Virus record (IMG/VR): IMGVR_UViG_3300022871_000009
Location: 64,001 to 98,577 of that record
Reading direction: 5' to 3' (one strand)
Length of the DNA: 34,577 nucleotides
Source: a virus
Taxonomy: Duplodnaviria; Heunggongvirae; Uroviricota; Caudoviricetes
The notes beneath the pieces are model-generated. The model was not told the origin of the DNA, searched no databases, and was given only the letters and a program-made list of their open reading frames with translations. A program made the translations under genes and the position numbers. Below are positions 1 to 8,528 of this stretch, piece by piece (position 1 is the stretch's first letter; every line of letters starts with the position of its first letter).

Positions 1-850
1 TAGGTTTTTCCTCATCAGGTTCAGGAGTTGGTACCGGAGGTGTTGGGGCAACAATTTTATCCATCCAATCGTTGTCCAAATTACCATAATATCTAGCTGA
101 AGTTATTTTTCCAGCCTTGAACCAATCCTCAGTAATAATCCTTTGGCCATTAAAACCGTGTGACTCTCCCCAACTGTCGTCGATTACTATAGCTTTCTTA
201 CCTTGCCACATAGTAAAATCTACTCCAGTTATCAGGTGAAAATAAGGGTATTTTTTATCAGAAGGCAATTCTGGGACAGGTTGGTTGTACCCCTTACCAA
301 AATTAATACCGATAGAAATTGCTTTTTTTTGATTTTGTATTACAGAAGCTATATCATCAATATCTGTAGCTAATGTGAAAACTGCACCACCTTTTACTAT
401 CTCTCCAACCTTTTCTGTAAAAGTAGTACGCTTAACAGGTTGGTTCATCTCACCTTCAGTCATATTTTGAGAAGGAATCAAAACCTCCATTGTGGCTCCA
501 TGTTTTTTTCCTAAAAGCATTCCCTCTCTAGACCACATACCCTGGTCAGGTTTGTTAGAACGTCTGTCATAGATATCCAAAGCAGATAGTTCAACAAACA
601 TATTTTCCTCTAATTGGTTCTCAACGCCGAGTACTTTTGCAACAGTTTGCGCTACACAGGAACTACTTGAACTCTGATAACGTACAGGAAATTTCTTCCA
701 GTCACTTTGTGGCTTTTCCACCCATTTGACATCACTTTGTGGGGCACCACACACCTCTTCATGACGGAAATCTCTCTCATCGTCCTTCTCCATGTTTCCA
801 GTTCCAAAAAATACTTCCTCTGTTTTTTCTGAATCGTGTTTTTTAGACAT
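1..850 (-). CDS. Papain-like (C1A) cysteine peptidase, 3'-truncated by window edge; candidate endolysin
   Basis: Not in ORF track. Manual translation from ATG at 850: MSKKHDSEK...PVRYQSSSSSCVAQ (Q...SC catalytic Cys motif)...YFHLITGVDF (catalytic His)...VIDDSWGESHG (NSWG-equivalent), then a Pro-rich linker PTPPVPTPEPDEE; directly downstream of a holin-like gene. Confidence 0.8.
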   Translation of the reverse strand, partial: MSKKHDSEKTEEVFFGTGNMEKDDERDFRHEEVCGAPQSDVKWVEKPQSDWKKFPVRYQSSSSSCVAQTVAKVLGVENQLEENMFVELSALDIYDRRSNKPDQGMWSREGMLLGKKHGATMEVLIPSQNMTEGEMNQPVKRTTFTEKVGEIVKGGAVFTLATDIDDIASVIQNQKKAISIGINFGKGYNQPVPELPSDKKYPYFHLITGVDFTMWQGKKAIVIDDSWGESHGFNGQRIITEDWFKAGKITSARYYGNLDNDWMDKIVAPTPPVPTPEPDEEKP

Positions 851-854
851 AAAA

Positions 855-1235
855 TTATTTTATAAATTTATCAAAACCAAGGAGAGCCCCCATGACGGAA
901 ACGATAGACACTACACCCATCTTTATCAAATCCCATCCCAAATCAACAGCTTTTGACCTCTGCTTTTTTCTTCCTTTTTTTAAATCGCTAACGAATTCCC
1001 CATTCTCCATTATCCAACCGCTGTTTTTTATGACCTTACCATTCAACGTAGCGAGATGACTCAAAACACCCTTAACATCTTTGTGAATACCGTCTAACTT
1101 AACGTCCATGATATCTTTACGTACGTAGGTCGCATCATTATTTTTCTGCATAGAAGCAGTAACTTTTGTGATTACTTGTGTGTGTGCTTCTATAGCATTC
1201 ACTACATCTTGATTTGACACATCCTTTTGATTCAT
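855..1235 (-). CDS. Holin-like membrane protein (coiled coil plus C-terminal TM helix)
   Basis: 126 aa; hydrophobic C-terminal segment LIKMGVVSIVSVMGALLGF followed by DKFIK; adjacent to the peptidase. Confidence 0.5.
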   Translation of the reverse strand: MNQKDVSNQDVVNAIEAHTQVITKVTASMQKNNDATYVRKDIMDVKLDGIHKDVKGVLSHLATLNGKVIKNSGWIMENGEFVSDLKKGRKKQRSKAVDLGWDLIKMGVVSIVSVMGALLGFDKFIK

Positions 1236-1244
1236 AATTAAAGT

Positions 1245-1460
1245 TTATATTTCTTGTATTTTAAGAGAAACATACGCATTGTTGCCTCCACTCACTGATT
1301 TAGCACTTGCACTGATTCTAGTCCCTTGGTTGAAAACAAAATCTGTTCCCGTATTATTACCATTTGGGCTAACGTATAAAATGTCTGTTATAGCCCTATT
1401 ATCGACAGAAGCACCGACAGAATCTACAACAGTTTCAAAATTATAATATTTTTTTCCCAT
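1245..1460 (-). CDS. Small beta-rich hypothetical (possible virion) protein
   Basis: 71 aa ORF tightly packed in the late operon. Confidence 0.6.
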   Translation of the reverse strand: MGKKYYNFETVVDSVGASVDNRAITDILYVSPNGNNTGTDFVFNQGTRISASAKSVSGGNNAYVSLKIQEI

Positions 1461-1465
1461 ATATT

Positions 1466-3559
1466 TTAATTATGAATAGTAAACCAATTTGTACCGTCAC
1501 AGTATATTCCGATATCATCATCATCCCCATTAATTACATATGTATCTTCACCATCAATTTTCTGTGCTCCTTCTGTGTCAATTGTAATATTATGTGTAGT
1601 TGCATTTCCACCAGCATCTTTAACTACTATTGTTCTACCATCAATAGTTTGTGCTGTCATGAGTGTTAGACTCGTTACAGCTCCTGTGACTGTGTAAGTT
1701 ACATTTAGAATATCATCAGTAGCAAGCAAATCATAAGTACTAGCATTCACAGTAGTTACATTTCTAATTTTACCACCAACTGTTTCTAGCGTTCCATCAT
1801 CATAAAGCCTCATCTTTTCATCTCCGCTGTTATTTATGAAAGCTAAATCTGCAGAAGTGTCTTCACCTGCACCTGCAGCATTAGCAGCTGCTCCTAAAAA
1901 GTAAGCTACGTCTTCCTCTTCTCCTTCATCAACTGACCAAGCTAACCCAGTCAAAGCAAGTGTAATACCATCTATTTCTTGAGTTCCAACTGTTGCTTCA
2001 CCTATGGCCCCTAGAAGGAAAGATACATTACCATCTATTTCTTCGTAAGCCCACAGAGGAATTTCGTTTCCAGCGTCGTCAATATAATCCATGGCAATCG
2101 AGCCAAACATGTTAGAAGTATTGTCTCCATCAGCTGTATCACAGAAAAGATAAAAAGAAGAATTAACAGCAGTAGATGTATCACTATTCCAAGAAGAAAC
2201 TTTGTACTCTGTTACGACAGAACCCTTATCTTGGTCCCCTGCTGTGGCTTCTCCTGCTTTATCAAATACAAGCATTGATGAATAACCATCTCCACTATAA
2301 CCAGAATACGCAAGTACAAATCTACCAGCGCTATCATCACCATCAATTCCTGCAGCAGTTTTAAGTACTACATCCTTACCGCTACCAGTAGCACTAACTG
2401 CAGTATTTTCTATTGTCAAATCTCTTGCAGAAGCTACACCTTGAAGTAACATACCACTAACTAAAGTATTGCTAATGTGTAAATAATCTTCGTCTGTTGT
2501 AGTTTCGTGAGTACCTATGACCATTACAGCATAAGGAGTCACGCCAGCATTTGCTTGTGTATATATGTATGAAGTTACCGTCTGTTCGTCTGTGTCAGTC
2601 TTGTAAGCATTACCTTCCAGAACTAATCTTATTGAATCATACTCTTCTCCATTAGCCTCAGCTTCTCCTAAAGCACCAATTCCCATATTTATACCAGTGC
2701 CAGCATCATCTTGAGCAAAGCCTAATAAGTCATACTCAGCATCAGTATCATCTGAATAATAGATACCAAAAGACCCGAATATTTTTGAGGTGTTATCTCC
2801 ATCTGCGCCCTCTCCAGATAACCAAATACTACTATCAATAGCAGCAGAGGTACTAGTATTCCAACCTGAACTTTTAATTATTATTGGTAATCCAGAATGT
2901 TCTTGGTCTGCCCCAGTTGCACTTGCATCTTTGTTTAAAGTAAGTGTTGATGTTTCTCCATCTCCTGAACCTGCTGCATAACTAAACACATAGTTACCAC
3001 CGTTTAAATCACCAGTACCAACTGCAGAAGCGGTTTGGAATACAATATCCATGCCATTGCCAGAACCATCTACAGAATTATTTTGAATTACTAAATCATT
3101 CTCATTTCCAGTATTTAAAATCCCATAATCATAAGCTCCAGAAATTACTAATCCAACTTGTGTACCAGTAGTTCCAGCACTGCTATCAAAATAAGCCAAA
3201 AAACTTGCTAATACAGAACTAGTATTGTCAGAAACATGTGATGTTATTTGTGCAGCTTGAGAATATACTACGTCTGTTGCACCTAATCCTTCTGATATAG
3301 CACTACTTCCTAAAGTCCAAGCTGCATATATGCCCATACCTGAAGCAAAATAACCAGTTGTCCCCAAAATTGCAACTGATGCCGTAGTAATAGGTGTACT
3401 AGCACTACCACCTTGCATTGTTACAAGACCAAAATCTATTGCTGTTAAATTTTGTATTTGTAGGGCACCATTATCAACAGTTATCTTTCCTCCAACCCTA
3501 TAAGCCATATCCAGGGAAGGTACTCGTGTCAATGTTGGGCCGCCTAAATTTCCACCCAT
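1466..3559 (-). CDS. Tail fibre / receptor-binding-type virion protein with a ~200-aa internal duplication
   Basis: 697 aa, Gly/Ala/Thr/Asp-rich; C-terminal module (GRTIVVKDAGGNA...ITIDTEG...IDG...IYCDGTNWF) resembles common phage tail-fibre tip modules; internal repeat visible (ADGDNTS..FGS twice). Confidence 0.6.
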   Translation of the reverse strand: MGGNLGGPTLTRVPSLDMAYRVGGKITVDNGALQIQNLTAIDFGLVTMQGGSASTPITTASVAILGTTGYFASGMGIYAAWTLGSSAISEGLGATDVVYSQAAQITSHVSDNTSSVLASFLAYFDSSAGTTGTQVGLVISGAYDYGILNTGNENDLVIQNNSVDGSGNGMDIVFQTASAVGTGDLNGGNYVFSYAAGSGDGETSTLTLNKDASATGADQEHSGLPIIIKSSGWNTSTSAAIDSSIWLSGEGADGDNTSKIFGSFGIYYSDDTDAEYDLLGFAQDDAGTGINMGIGALGEAEANGEEYDSIRLVLEGNAYKTDTDEQTVTSYIYTQANAGVTPYAVMVIGTHETTTDEDYLHISNTLVSGMLLQGVASARDLTIENTAVSATGSGKDVVLKTAAGIDGDDSAGRFVLAYSGYSGDGYSSMLVFDKAGEATAGDQDKGSVVTEYKVSSWNSDTSTAVNSSFYLFCDTADGDNTSNMFGSIAMDYIDDAGNEIPLWAYEEIDGNVSFLLGAIGEATVGTQEIDGITLALTGLAWSVDEGEEEDVAYFLGAAANAAGAGEDTSADLAFINNSGDEKMRLYDDGTLETVGGKIRNVTTVNASTYDLLATDDILNVTYTVTGAVTSLTLMTAQTIDGRTIVVKDAGGNATTHNITIDTEGAQKIDGEDTYVINGDDDDIGIYCDGTNWFTIHN

Positions 3560-3573
3560 AAAATTAAAGTTAA

Positions 3574-4467
3574 TTATTTAGCAAACACTCTGTAAGAACT
3601 ATCTGTTCCACTGTGAGCTATTCTTAATTTGTCAATGTTCAATTGACCTAGACTAAAAGAATCTCCACTTTTCATTGTGAACTGAGTGCCGAATGTTGTT
3701 CCGTCTTCAGATATTTCGACTAGAATATTTCCAGAGCCGTCACATGTAAGATAACCTAAAACTGCATTTCTACTTAGAGATGCGTTTATATCTAGGGTTA
3801 CAGGACTGTCACCAGCGATAAAACTAGTGTCTCCAGTTGCGTAGTATCCAGTGCCTGGAAGCGCTTCTACTACTCGTTGTGTTCCAGCACTAACAGCTCC
3901 TGCGTTTAATGCAGGTGCAACGCCAGCTAATGTAGCTACGTTTACGTTAGGTGTGACAACTGTTCCTCCACCTGTAACTTGAGAGGCTATCTTATAAGCA
4001 GTTGAAGTAAGAGTGACACTTGCATCAGCCTTCTTACCGTAGATGATACCTGTTCTGTGGTCAACACAATACTGCCCATTAGTGAAGTTTTGGGTAATTG
4101 CGTTTAATTTTTCTCTACCGGAAGATTGGTCGTATACTTCTGCAACTAGATAAGGAAAGGCAACTTGCTCAGTAAAAGCAGTTGATGTGAATGACAAAGA
4201 AGAATTTCTTAACACACCAACAGCTCCACCTATTTGGTCTAATATACACGCACCCTCAGTCTTACCTTCTACAGCAACACCAGCTAATTGGCCAGCGTCT
4301 ATGGTCAGGACATTAGTGCCTTCGTAATAATATAATTGTACTGTTTCAGCAGAGACACTTGTTGTAACTTGGCTCTCTGCAAGAACTTCAACAGGAAGAG
4401 CACGCTGTTCGCTTACTTTATCTTGTTGTGACCTATTCATTAATCCTTTGGGAGATTTGTCACCCAT
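3574..4467 (-). CDS. Probable virion structural protein
   Basis: 297 aa beta-rich ORF in the late operon. Confidence 0.55.
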   Translation of the reverse strand: MGDKSPKGLMNRSQQDKVSEQRALPVEVLAESQVTTSVSAETVQLYYYEGTNVLTIDAGQLAGVAVEGKTEGACILDQIGGAVGVLRNSSLSFTSTAFTEQVAFPYLVAEVYDQSSGREKLNAITQNFTNGQYCVDHRTGIIYGKKADASVTLTSTAYKIASQVTGGGTVVTPNVNVATLAGVAPALNAGAVSAGTQRVVEALPGTGYYATGDTSFIAGDSPVTLDINASLSRNAVLGYLTCDGSGNILVEISEDGTTFGTQFTMKSGDSFSLGQLNIDKLRIAHSGTDSSYRVFAK

Positions 4468-4491
4468 ATATTTTCAGTTAAAATGAATTAG

Positions 4492-4584
4492 GCTCTATTT
4501 TCGCAAATAATCTGTCGATTACCCCATTAGCGAAAGCAGAGCATAATATTAGCCAGAGGCCCGCGGCCATTAAGTCGCAGGCCT
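4492..4584 (-). other. Structured intergenic element (two hairpins)
   Basis: GCTCT-ATT-TTCGC...GCGAA-AGC-AGAGC arms (4492-4542) enclosing TAATC-TGTC-GATTA; second hairpin AGGCCTGCG/CGCGGGCCT on the minus strand (4557-4584). Confidence 0.5.
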
Positions 4585-4590
4585 ATGAAT

Positions 4591-5634
4591 CTAGCTAAGT
4601 AAACTTGTTGAACTAGATGTCGAACTAGATGTACTAGAACTTGTTGAAGAACTGGTACTTGATGTACTAGAACTTGTCGAACTCGATGTACTTGAACTAG
4701 TAGAACTTGTAGAACTCGATGTTGAGCTAGAAGTGGAACTAGAGGTACTTGAGCTAGTCGAACTAGATGTACTAGAACTTGTAGAAGAACTGGTACTTGA
4801 TGTACTAGAACTTGTTGAACTAGATGTACTAGAACTTGTTGAACTAGATGTACTAGAACTTGTAGAAGAACTGGTACTAGATGTACTAGAACTTGTCGAA
4901 CTAGATGTACTAGAACTTGTTGAACTTGTTGAACTAGAGGTACTAGAACTTGTAGAAGAACTGGTACTTGATGTACTAGAACTTGTCGAACTCGATGTAC
5001 TTGAACTAGTAGAACTTGTAGAAGAACTGGTACTAGATGTACTAGAAGTAGAAGAAATGTACAAGTTGCTAGTTGCACTTGTAGCCTTTCTAACTTCACT
5101 AAGATTCAAATAATTAAGAAACATTCCGTCATCTGCTCCATTGGAAAAGTACATTGGAACCATAGTTTGTACTGGGAATCTATCGTAATGATTTGCAACC
5201 TGTCTTCCATTTATCCAAAATTCAACGCCATCTATTCTCCATTTAATTTCAAAAACAGTTGGTGTATTTGTCCAATCGCTATCCCAAGGGATAGTTGTGG
5301 ATTCTGCTACAGCACTGTCAGGGCCGTAGGTTCGAGCGTAAAAACTAGTACCACTAATGTAAAAATACGCTGCATTTCGATTGCCTAAAGTTTTTGAATA
5401 TAGTCCGAAAACTCGGGAATCTCCGCTAGAAGGGGCAGTAGGAATGGTAAAAGCCATTGGGTATCTACCAAACATATAGGACCCCAGCGTAGTAAATTTA
5501 CCTGAGTTGATTCTAATTTTCCCGCCAATACACTTTACGTCGCCAGATATGGTAACAAACCAATCTTCGTCGTAGCCGTACCGCAGTGGGTCATAGAAAA
5601 AGTGATAGTTATCACTTACTATTCTTACGTCCAT
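4591..5634 (-). CDS. Virion-associated protein: ConA/GH16-like beta-sandwich domain plus 151-aa Ser/Thr-only tail
   Basis: N-terminal FEIKWRIDGVEFWINGRQVANH resembles the lectin/GH16 C-terminal strand pattern; codons 5055-4603 encode only S or T. Confidence 0.7.
   Translation of the reverse strand: MDVRIVSDNYHFFYDPLRYGYDEDWFVTISGDVKCIGGKIRINSGKFTTLGSYMFGRYPMAFTIPTAPSSGDSRVFGLYSKTLGNRNAAYFYISGTSFYARTYGPDSAVAESTTIPWDSDWTNTPTVFEIKWRIDGVEFWINGRQVANHYDRFPVQTMVPMYFSNGADDGMFLNYLNLSEVRKATSATSNLYISSTSSTSSTSSSTSSTSSSTSSSTSSSTSSTSSSTSSSTSSSTSSTSSSTSSSTSSSTSSTSSSTSSSTSSSTSSSTSSSTSSSTSSTSSSTSSSTSSSTSSSTSSSTSSSTSSSTSSTSSSTSSSTSSSTSSTSSSTSSSTSSSTSSSTSLLS
4603..5055 (-). repeat. Coding low-complexity tandem repeat (SSTSS/SSSTS units)
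   Basis: Imperfect repeats such as GAACTAGATGTACTA and GAACTTGTAGAAGAACTGGTACT; mixed TCN and AGT serine codons. Confidence 0.95.
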
Positions 5635-5651
5635 AATTTAATGTTTATTTT

Positions 5652-6269
5652 TTAAACTTTGTCTTGTTCTTCGATTGCCGGTGTCAGGTTGATTTCAGTC
5701 TCGGAGGTTTCAGTCTCTTGGACAGTAGAAGCTACTTTCTTCTTTGCAGAAGACTTCTTTTTTGTCGTACCTGACGACTTCTTTTTAGAAGAGGCTTTTT
5801 TTGCAGGAACTTCGTCCTCAACTACAGGAGCATTATTAACGACATCACCTGCTTGTTTCTTAAGTTCACTGACAATGGTAGGGATAAGTTCTTTGATACC
5901 AGCTTTGATACCAGCATTTATTTTATTTTGAACTTCCGCAGCAATAGCAGCGGGCAATTTTACTGTTGTTGGAGAACCATGTGTTTTTGCAACATGACCG
6001 AACTCCAATTCCGTAATTTGATGACGAGGTTCGATTTCCTTGCGCTGTAAAGCAAAAGGGTCAGGACCGTCATCAACACAATGGAAATCCACATTATACT
6101 CGTTACATTCCATTACCATTCTACATAATTTTTCATCTTCTACTACTGCAACTCCATCCTCGAATCTGATAGTAACTCCAGGAACACCTGGGGTACCAGT
6201 CTCGCGATTAGACCCTACAGCACTCTTCAAAACAAGAAGATAATTAGATGCTTTAGATACAAACTTCAT
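5652..6269 (-). CDS. Hypothetical late protein with Lys/Ser-rich (histone H1-like) C-terminal tail
   Basis: 205 aa; KKASSKKKSSGTTKKKSSAKKK segment. Confidence 0.7.
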   Translation of the reverse strand: MKFVSKASNYLLVLKSAVGSNRETGTPGVPGVTIRFEDGVAVVEDEKLCRMVMECNEYNVDFHCVDDGPDPFALQRKEIEPRHQITELEFGHVAKTHGSPTTVKLPAAIAAEVQNKINAGIKAGIKELIPTIVSELKKQAGDVVNNAPVVEDEVPAKKASSKKKSSGTTKKKSSAKKKVASTVQETETSETEINLTPAIEEQDKV

Positions 6270-6299
6270 ATTTTTTTTTCTTACATTTTTTAATAAAAG

Positions 6300-6320
6300 A
6301 GGGGAGGGATTTCCTCCCCT
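6300..6320 (-). terminator. Intrinsic terminator
   Basis: AGGGGAGG-GATTT-CCTCCCCT perfect 8-bp stem; CTTTTATT follows on the minus strand, T-rich on the plus side as well. Confidence 0.7.
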
Positions 6321-6334
6321 TATATTTTATTTGT

Positions 6335-7048
6335 TTATTCTAATTTACCGATTACTCTCAAGTAGTTATCAGCTGAATCAGCTAAAGATGTGTCATCAAC
6401 TACTACGACAACTATATCGTTACCGTTAGCTGATGTTAACATTCCTTCACCACTTGCAAAGTTTTCTGTAGTTTCTGTAGCAGAAACAGATAGCAATCCC
6501 ATCTTTTGTGTTTCCACTGTACCAGCAACTTCCCATACTTGAACGCCACCTGCTGTTACATTTCCAAGAGTTGCGTAATAAACGAATTCTTGTAAATGAA
6601 CACGATGTCCTGCTGTTGGTTTTGTTGCACCTACGTTTCTATCAGTTGTCAAACGATAAGCAAAATAAAATGCTGTGCTTGTATCAACTAACACATCGTA
6701 GTATGTATTTCCATCAGTAACACTTGCTGTAATAACACCAGTTACAAATTGGTCTGCTGTTGCAAATGAACGTAATGAATCTAAAACTTTTGCTTCAACA
6801 TGTCCATCTGCATTAATTGCGTCAACTAATGTTCCAACAGTTGCATATGAACTAAACAAATATGTATCTGTGCCACCTGTGGCTGTTATAATTTCTATAT
6901 CTGTCGCTGTTGTTGTAGTAACAGATGTTACAGCACCTGCTGTAGATTTTACTGCCAAACGGATAGCAACTGGTTCGTCAGAACCAACTTGGCCAACTGC
7001 ACCTGAAGCTGCTATAGCTCTTGATTGTAGTGAGTCTAATGAACTCAT
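6335..7048 (-). CDS. Probable capsid decoration / minor capsid protein
   Basis: 237 aa Ala/Thr/Val-rich ORF immediately downstream of the MCP, followed by a terminator. Confidence 0.5.
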   Translation of the reverse strand: MSSLDSLQSRAIAASGAVGQVGSDEPVAIRLAVKSTAGAVTSVTTTTATDIEIITATGGTDTYLFSSYATVGTLVDAINADGHVEAKVLDSLRSFATADQFVTGVITASVTDGNTYYDVLVDTSTAFYFAYRLTTDRNVGATKPTAGHRVHLQEFVYYATLGNVTAGGVQVWEVAGTVETQKMGLLSVSATETTENFASGEGMLTSANGNDIVVVVVDDTSLADSADNYLRVIGKLE

Positions 7049-7064
7049 AGGATTAAATTTTATC

Positions 7065-7159
7065 GATTAAACGGTCAGTTACCCGTGACCTAATCGGGCT
7101 ATGGGTCGAGGCCCACAGATGGGGGTGATTTTACATCGCACCCCCATGTATGATGGCCC
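7065..7159 (-). other. Structured intergenic element downstream of MCP
   Basis: GATTA-GGTCA...TGACC-TAATC hairpin (7065-7095); ATGGGGGTG/CACCCCCAT stem (7119-7147); enclosing GGGCTAT/ATGGCCC (7096-7159). Confidence 0.55.
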
Positions 7160-7205
7160 TTACTTCACAGTAAAAGCAAGTAATTTTAAACTAATCTAGA
7201 AGGGT

Positions 7206-8477
7206 TTATGCTTCTACACCCTTGATAAGAGCACACAAAGGAGCTTGTTTTCTTTCAAGTCCAGTCTCTGTAACATATTGGTCCACAATACCATCAACAT
7301 CGTTGCCTTGGACGTTAGTCTTAAGCATAGTGTCACGATTGTTCATGTATTTGTATTTGAAACAATTTAGGTCTACCAAGAATCCGTAACCAGCGTATGC
7401 ACCCACGAATAGAGGGTTGTGGATAATTTTAATACTTCCAAATGCTGTCATGTACTCACTAACTTTTACGCCGTAAGTAGATTGGCCAACTTTTGTCTGT
7501 ATTTGCCCACGAGCAATTTCGTTAACTGATTGGATAAGTTTACTACCAGCAAACAATACTTTTGTACTGTCACCGTAGATGAAGCCTTCTCTCAAGAAAG
7601 TGTTGAAATCAGGAGCAGTCAACATACCATTTTGGTTTTGAACATAAGAGTTCCCAGCCAAAAGATATTCTAAGATACCACCTGTAACACGACGAGGATG
7701 ACCTTGAGTACCGTTAGTATCATGTTTCTTTTCACCAAACCAGAAAGCACGTTCGATGTCTAAAGCATGTTCTGTACCTTTTTTGATACGTTGATACTTC
7801 ATGTCTGGTCCGCCATACAATTTGGCTTCGTTCTCAGTACCAGAGACAGCAATTGATGTCTTAAAGATTTGAGTATAGTTTGTTTCTTTTGATGAACGTG
7901 TGGTGTTAACATTTCTTGCACCAGAGTTTTCTTCACTAGCGTTACCGACAATGAATAGTTCATCACCATCTGCACCAGCTGCGGCAGCTGTTGAACCGAA
8001 TGAACGGCCAATTGCGGCTACAGTAATAGTAGTAGCAGAAGCGATAGTTGCGACAAGCAAACGCTCGCCTGTTCTAGAGTTCATAAAGATATCACCTGGG
8101 GTGAAAATGTATGCTGAACTAGAACCAGCACCAGTCACTGTAATTGTTACAGCGCCTGTAGCTGCGTAGGTAGTGCTAACTTTACAGTAGCGTCCACCAT
8201 ATTGGTCTTCAAACCAACCGAATTCTGGATTTCCTGTTGCGCCTTTAAGCATGCCTGAACCTTTCCAAGATGAACCATCCCAAACTTTACCAACATTTGT
8301 AAGTAAAGTCACTAATGGATGCTTGTTAGGTTCCAACAGCATGATTTTGTCAGCTACGTCGACAATCAAACGACCTTCGGCATCCGAAGTCGCAGTTGTA
8401 CGTGCAGCATTGCTGGAGTCAACAGTTACCGTACCTCTATCATGTGTAGGTTCGGTATAATAAGGATAATCAGCCAT
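7206..8477 (-). CDS. Major capsid protein, SU10_MCP / DUF5309-like (HK97 fold)
   Basis: 423 aa; NYTQIFKTSIAVSGT...HALDIERAFWFG...TGGILE motifs typical of this family; located after the scaffold gene. Confidence 0.88.
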   Translation of the reverse strand: MADYPYYTEPTHDRGTVTVDSSNAARTTATSDAEGRLIVDVADKIMLLEPNKHPLVTLLTNVGKVWDGSSWKGSGMLKGATGNPEFGWFEDQYGGRYCKVSTTYAATGAVTITVTGAGSSSAYIFTPGDIFMNSRTGERLLVATIASATTITVAAIGRSFGSTAAAAGADGDELFIVGNASEENSGARNVNTTRSSKETNYTQIFKTSIAVSGTENEAKLYGGPDMKYQRIKKGTEHALDIERAFWFGEKKHDTNGTQGHPRRVTGGILEYLLAGNSYVQNQNGMLTAPDFNTFLREGFIYGDSTKVLFAGSKLIQSVNEIARGQIQTKVGQSTYGVKVSEYMTAFGSIKIIHNPLFVGAYAGYGFLVDLNCFKYKYMNNRDTMLKTNVQGNDVDGIVDQYVTETGLERKQAPLCALIKGVEA

Positions 8478-8528
8478 ATTATAAAATAATTTAGATATTA
8501 ATTAATCTCTCAAAAAAAATTAATTAGG

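Noticed and set aside
4527-5113. ORFs 4733-5113 (+, ELVELDVLE repeats) and 4527-5099 (-, VLVHLVQQ repeats)
   Set aside because: Antisense and alternate-frame shadows of the Ser/Thr repeat, which is stop-poor in several frames
1466-5634. Diversity-generating retroelement targeting tail genes
   Set aside because: No reverse transcriptase and no near-identical TR/VR pair differing at adenines seen; the internal duplication is ancient and protein-level
7065-7159. HDV-like/theta or hammerhead ribozyme
   Set aside because: No P2 3' partner or J4/2 catalytic C could be placed; no CUGAnGA/GAAA core
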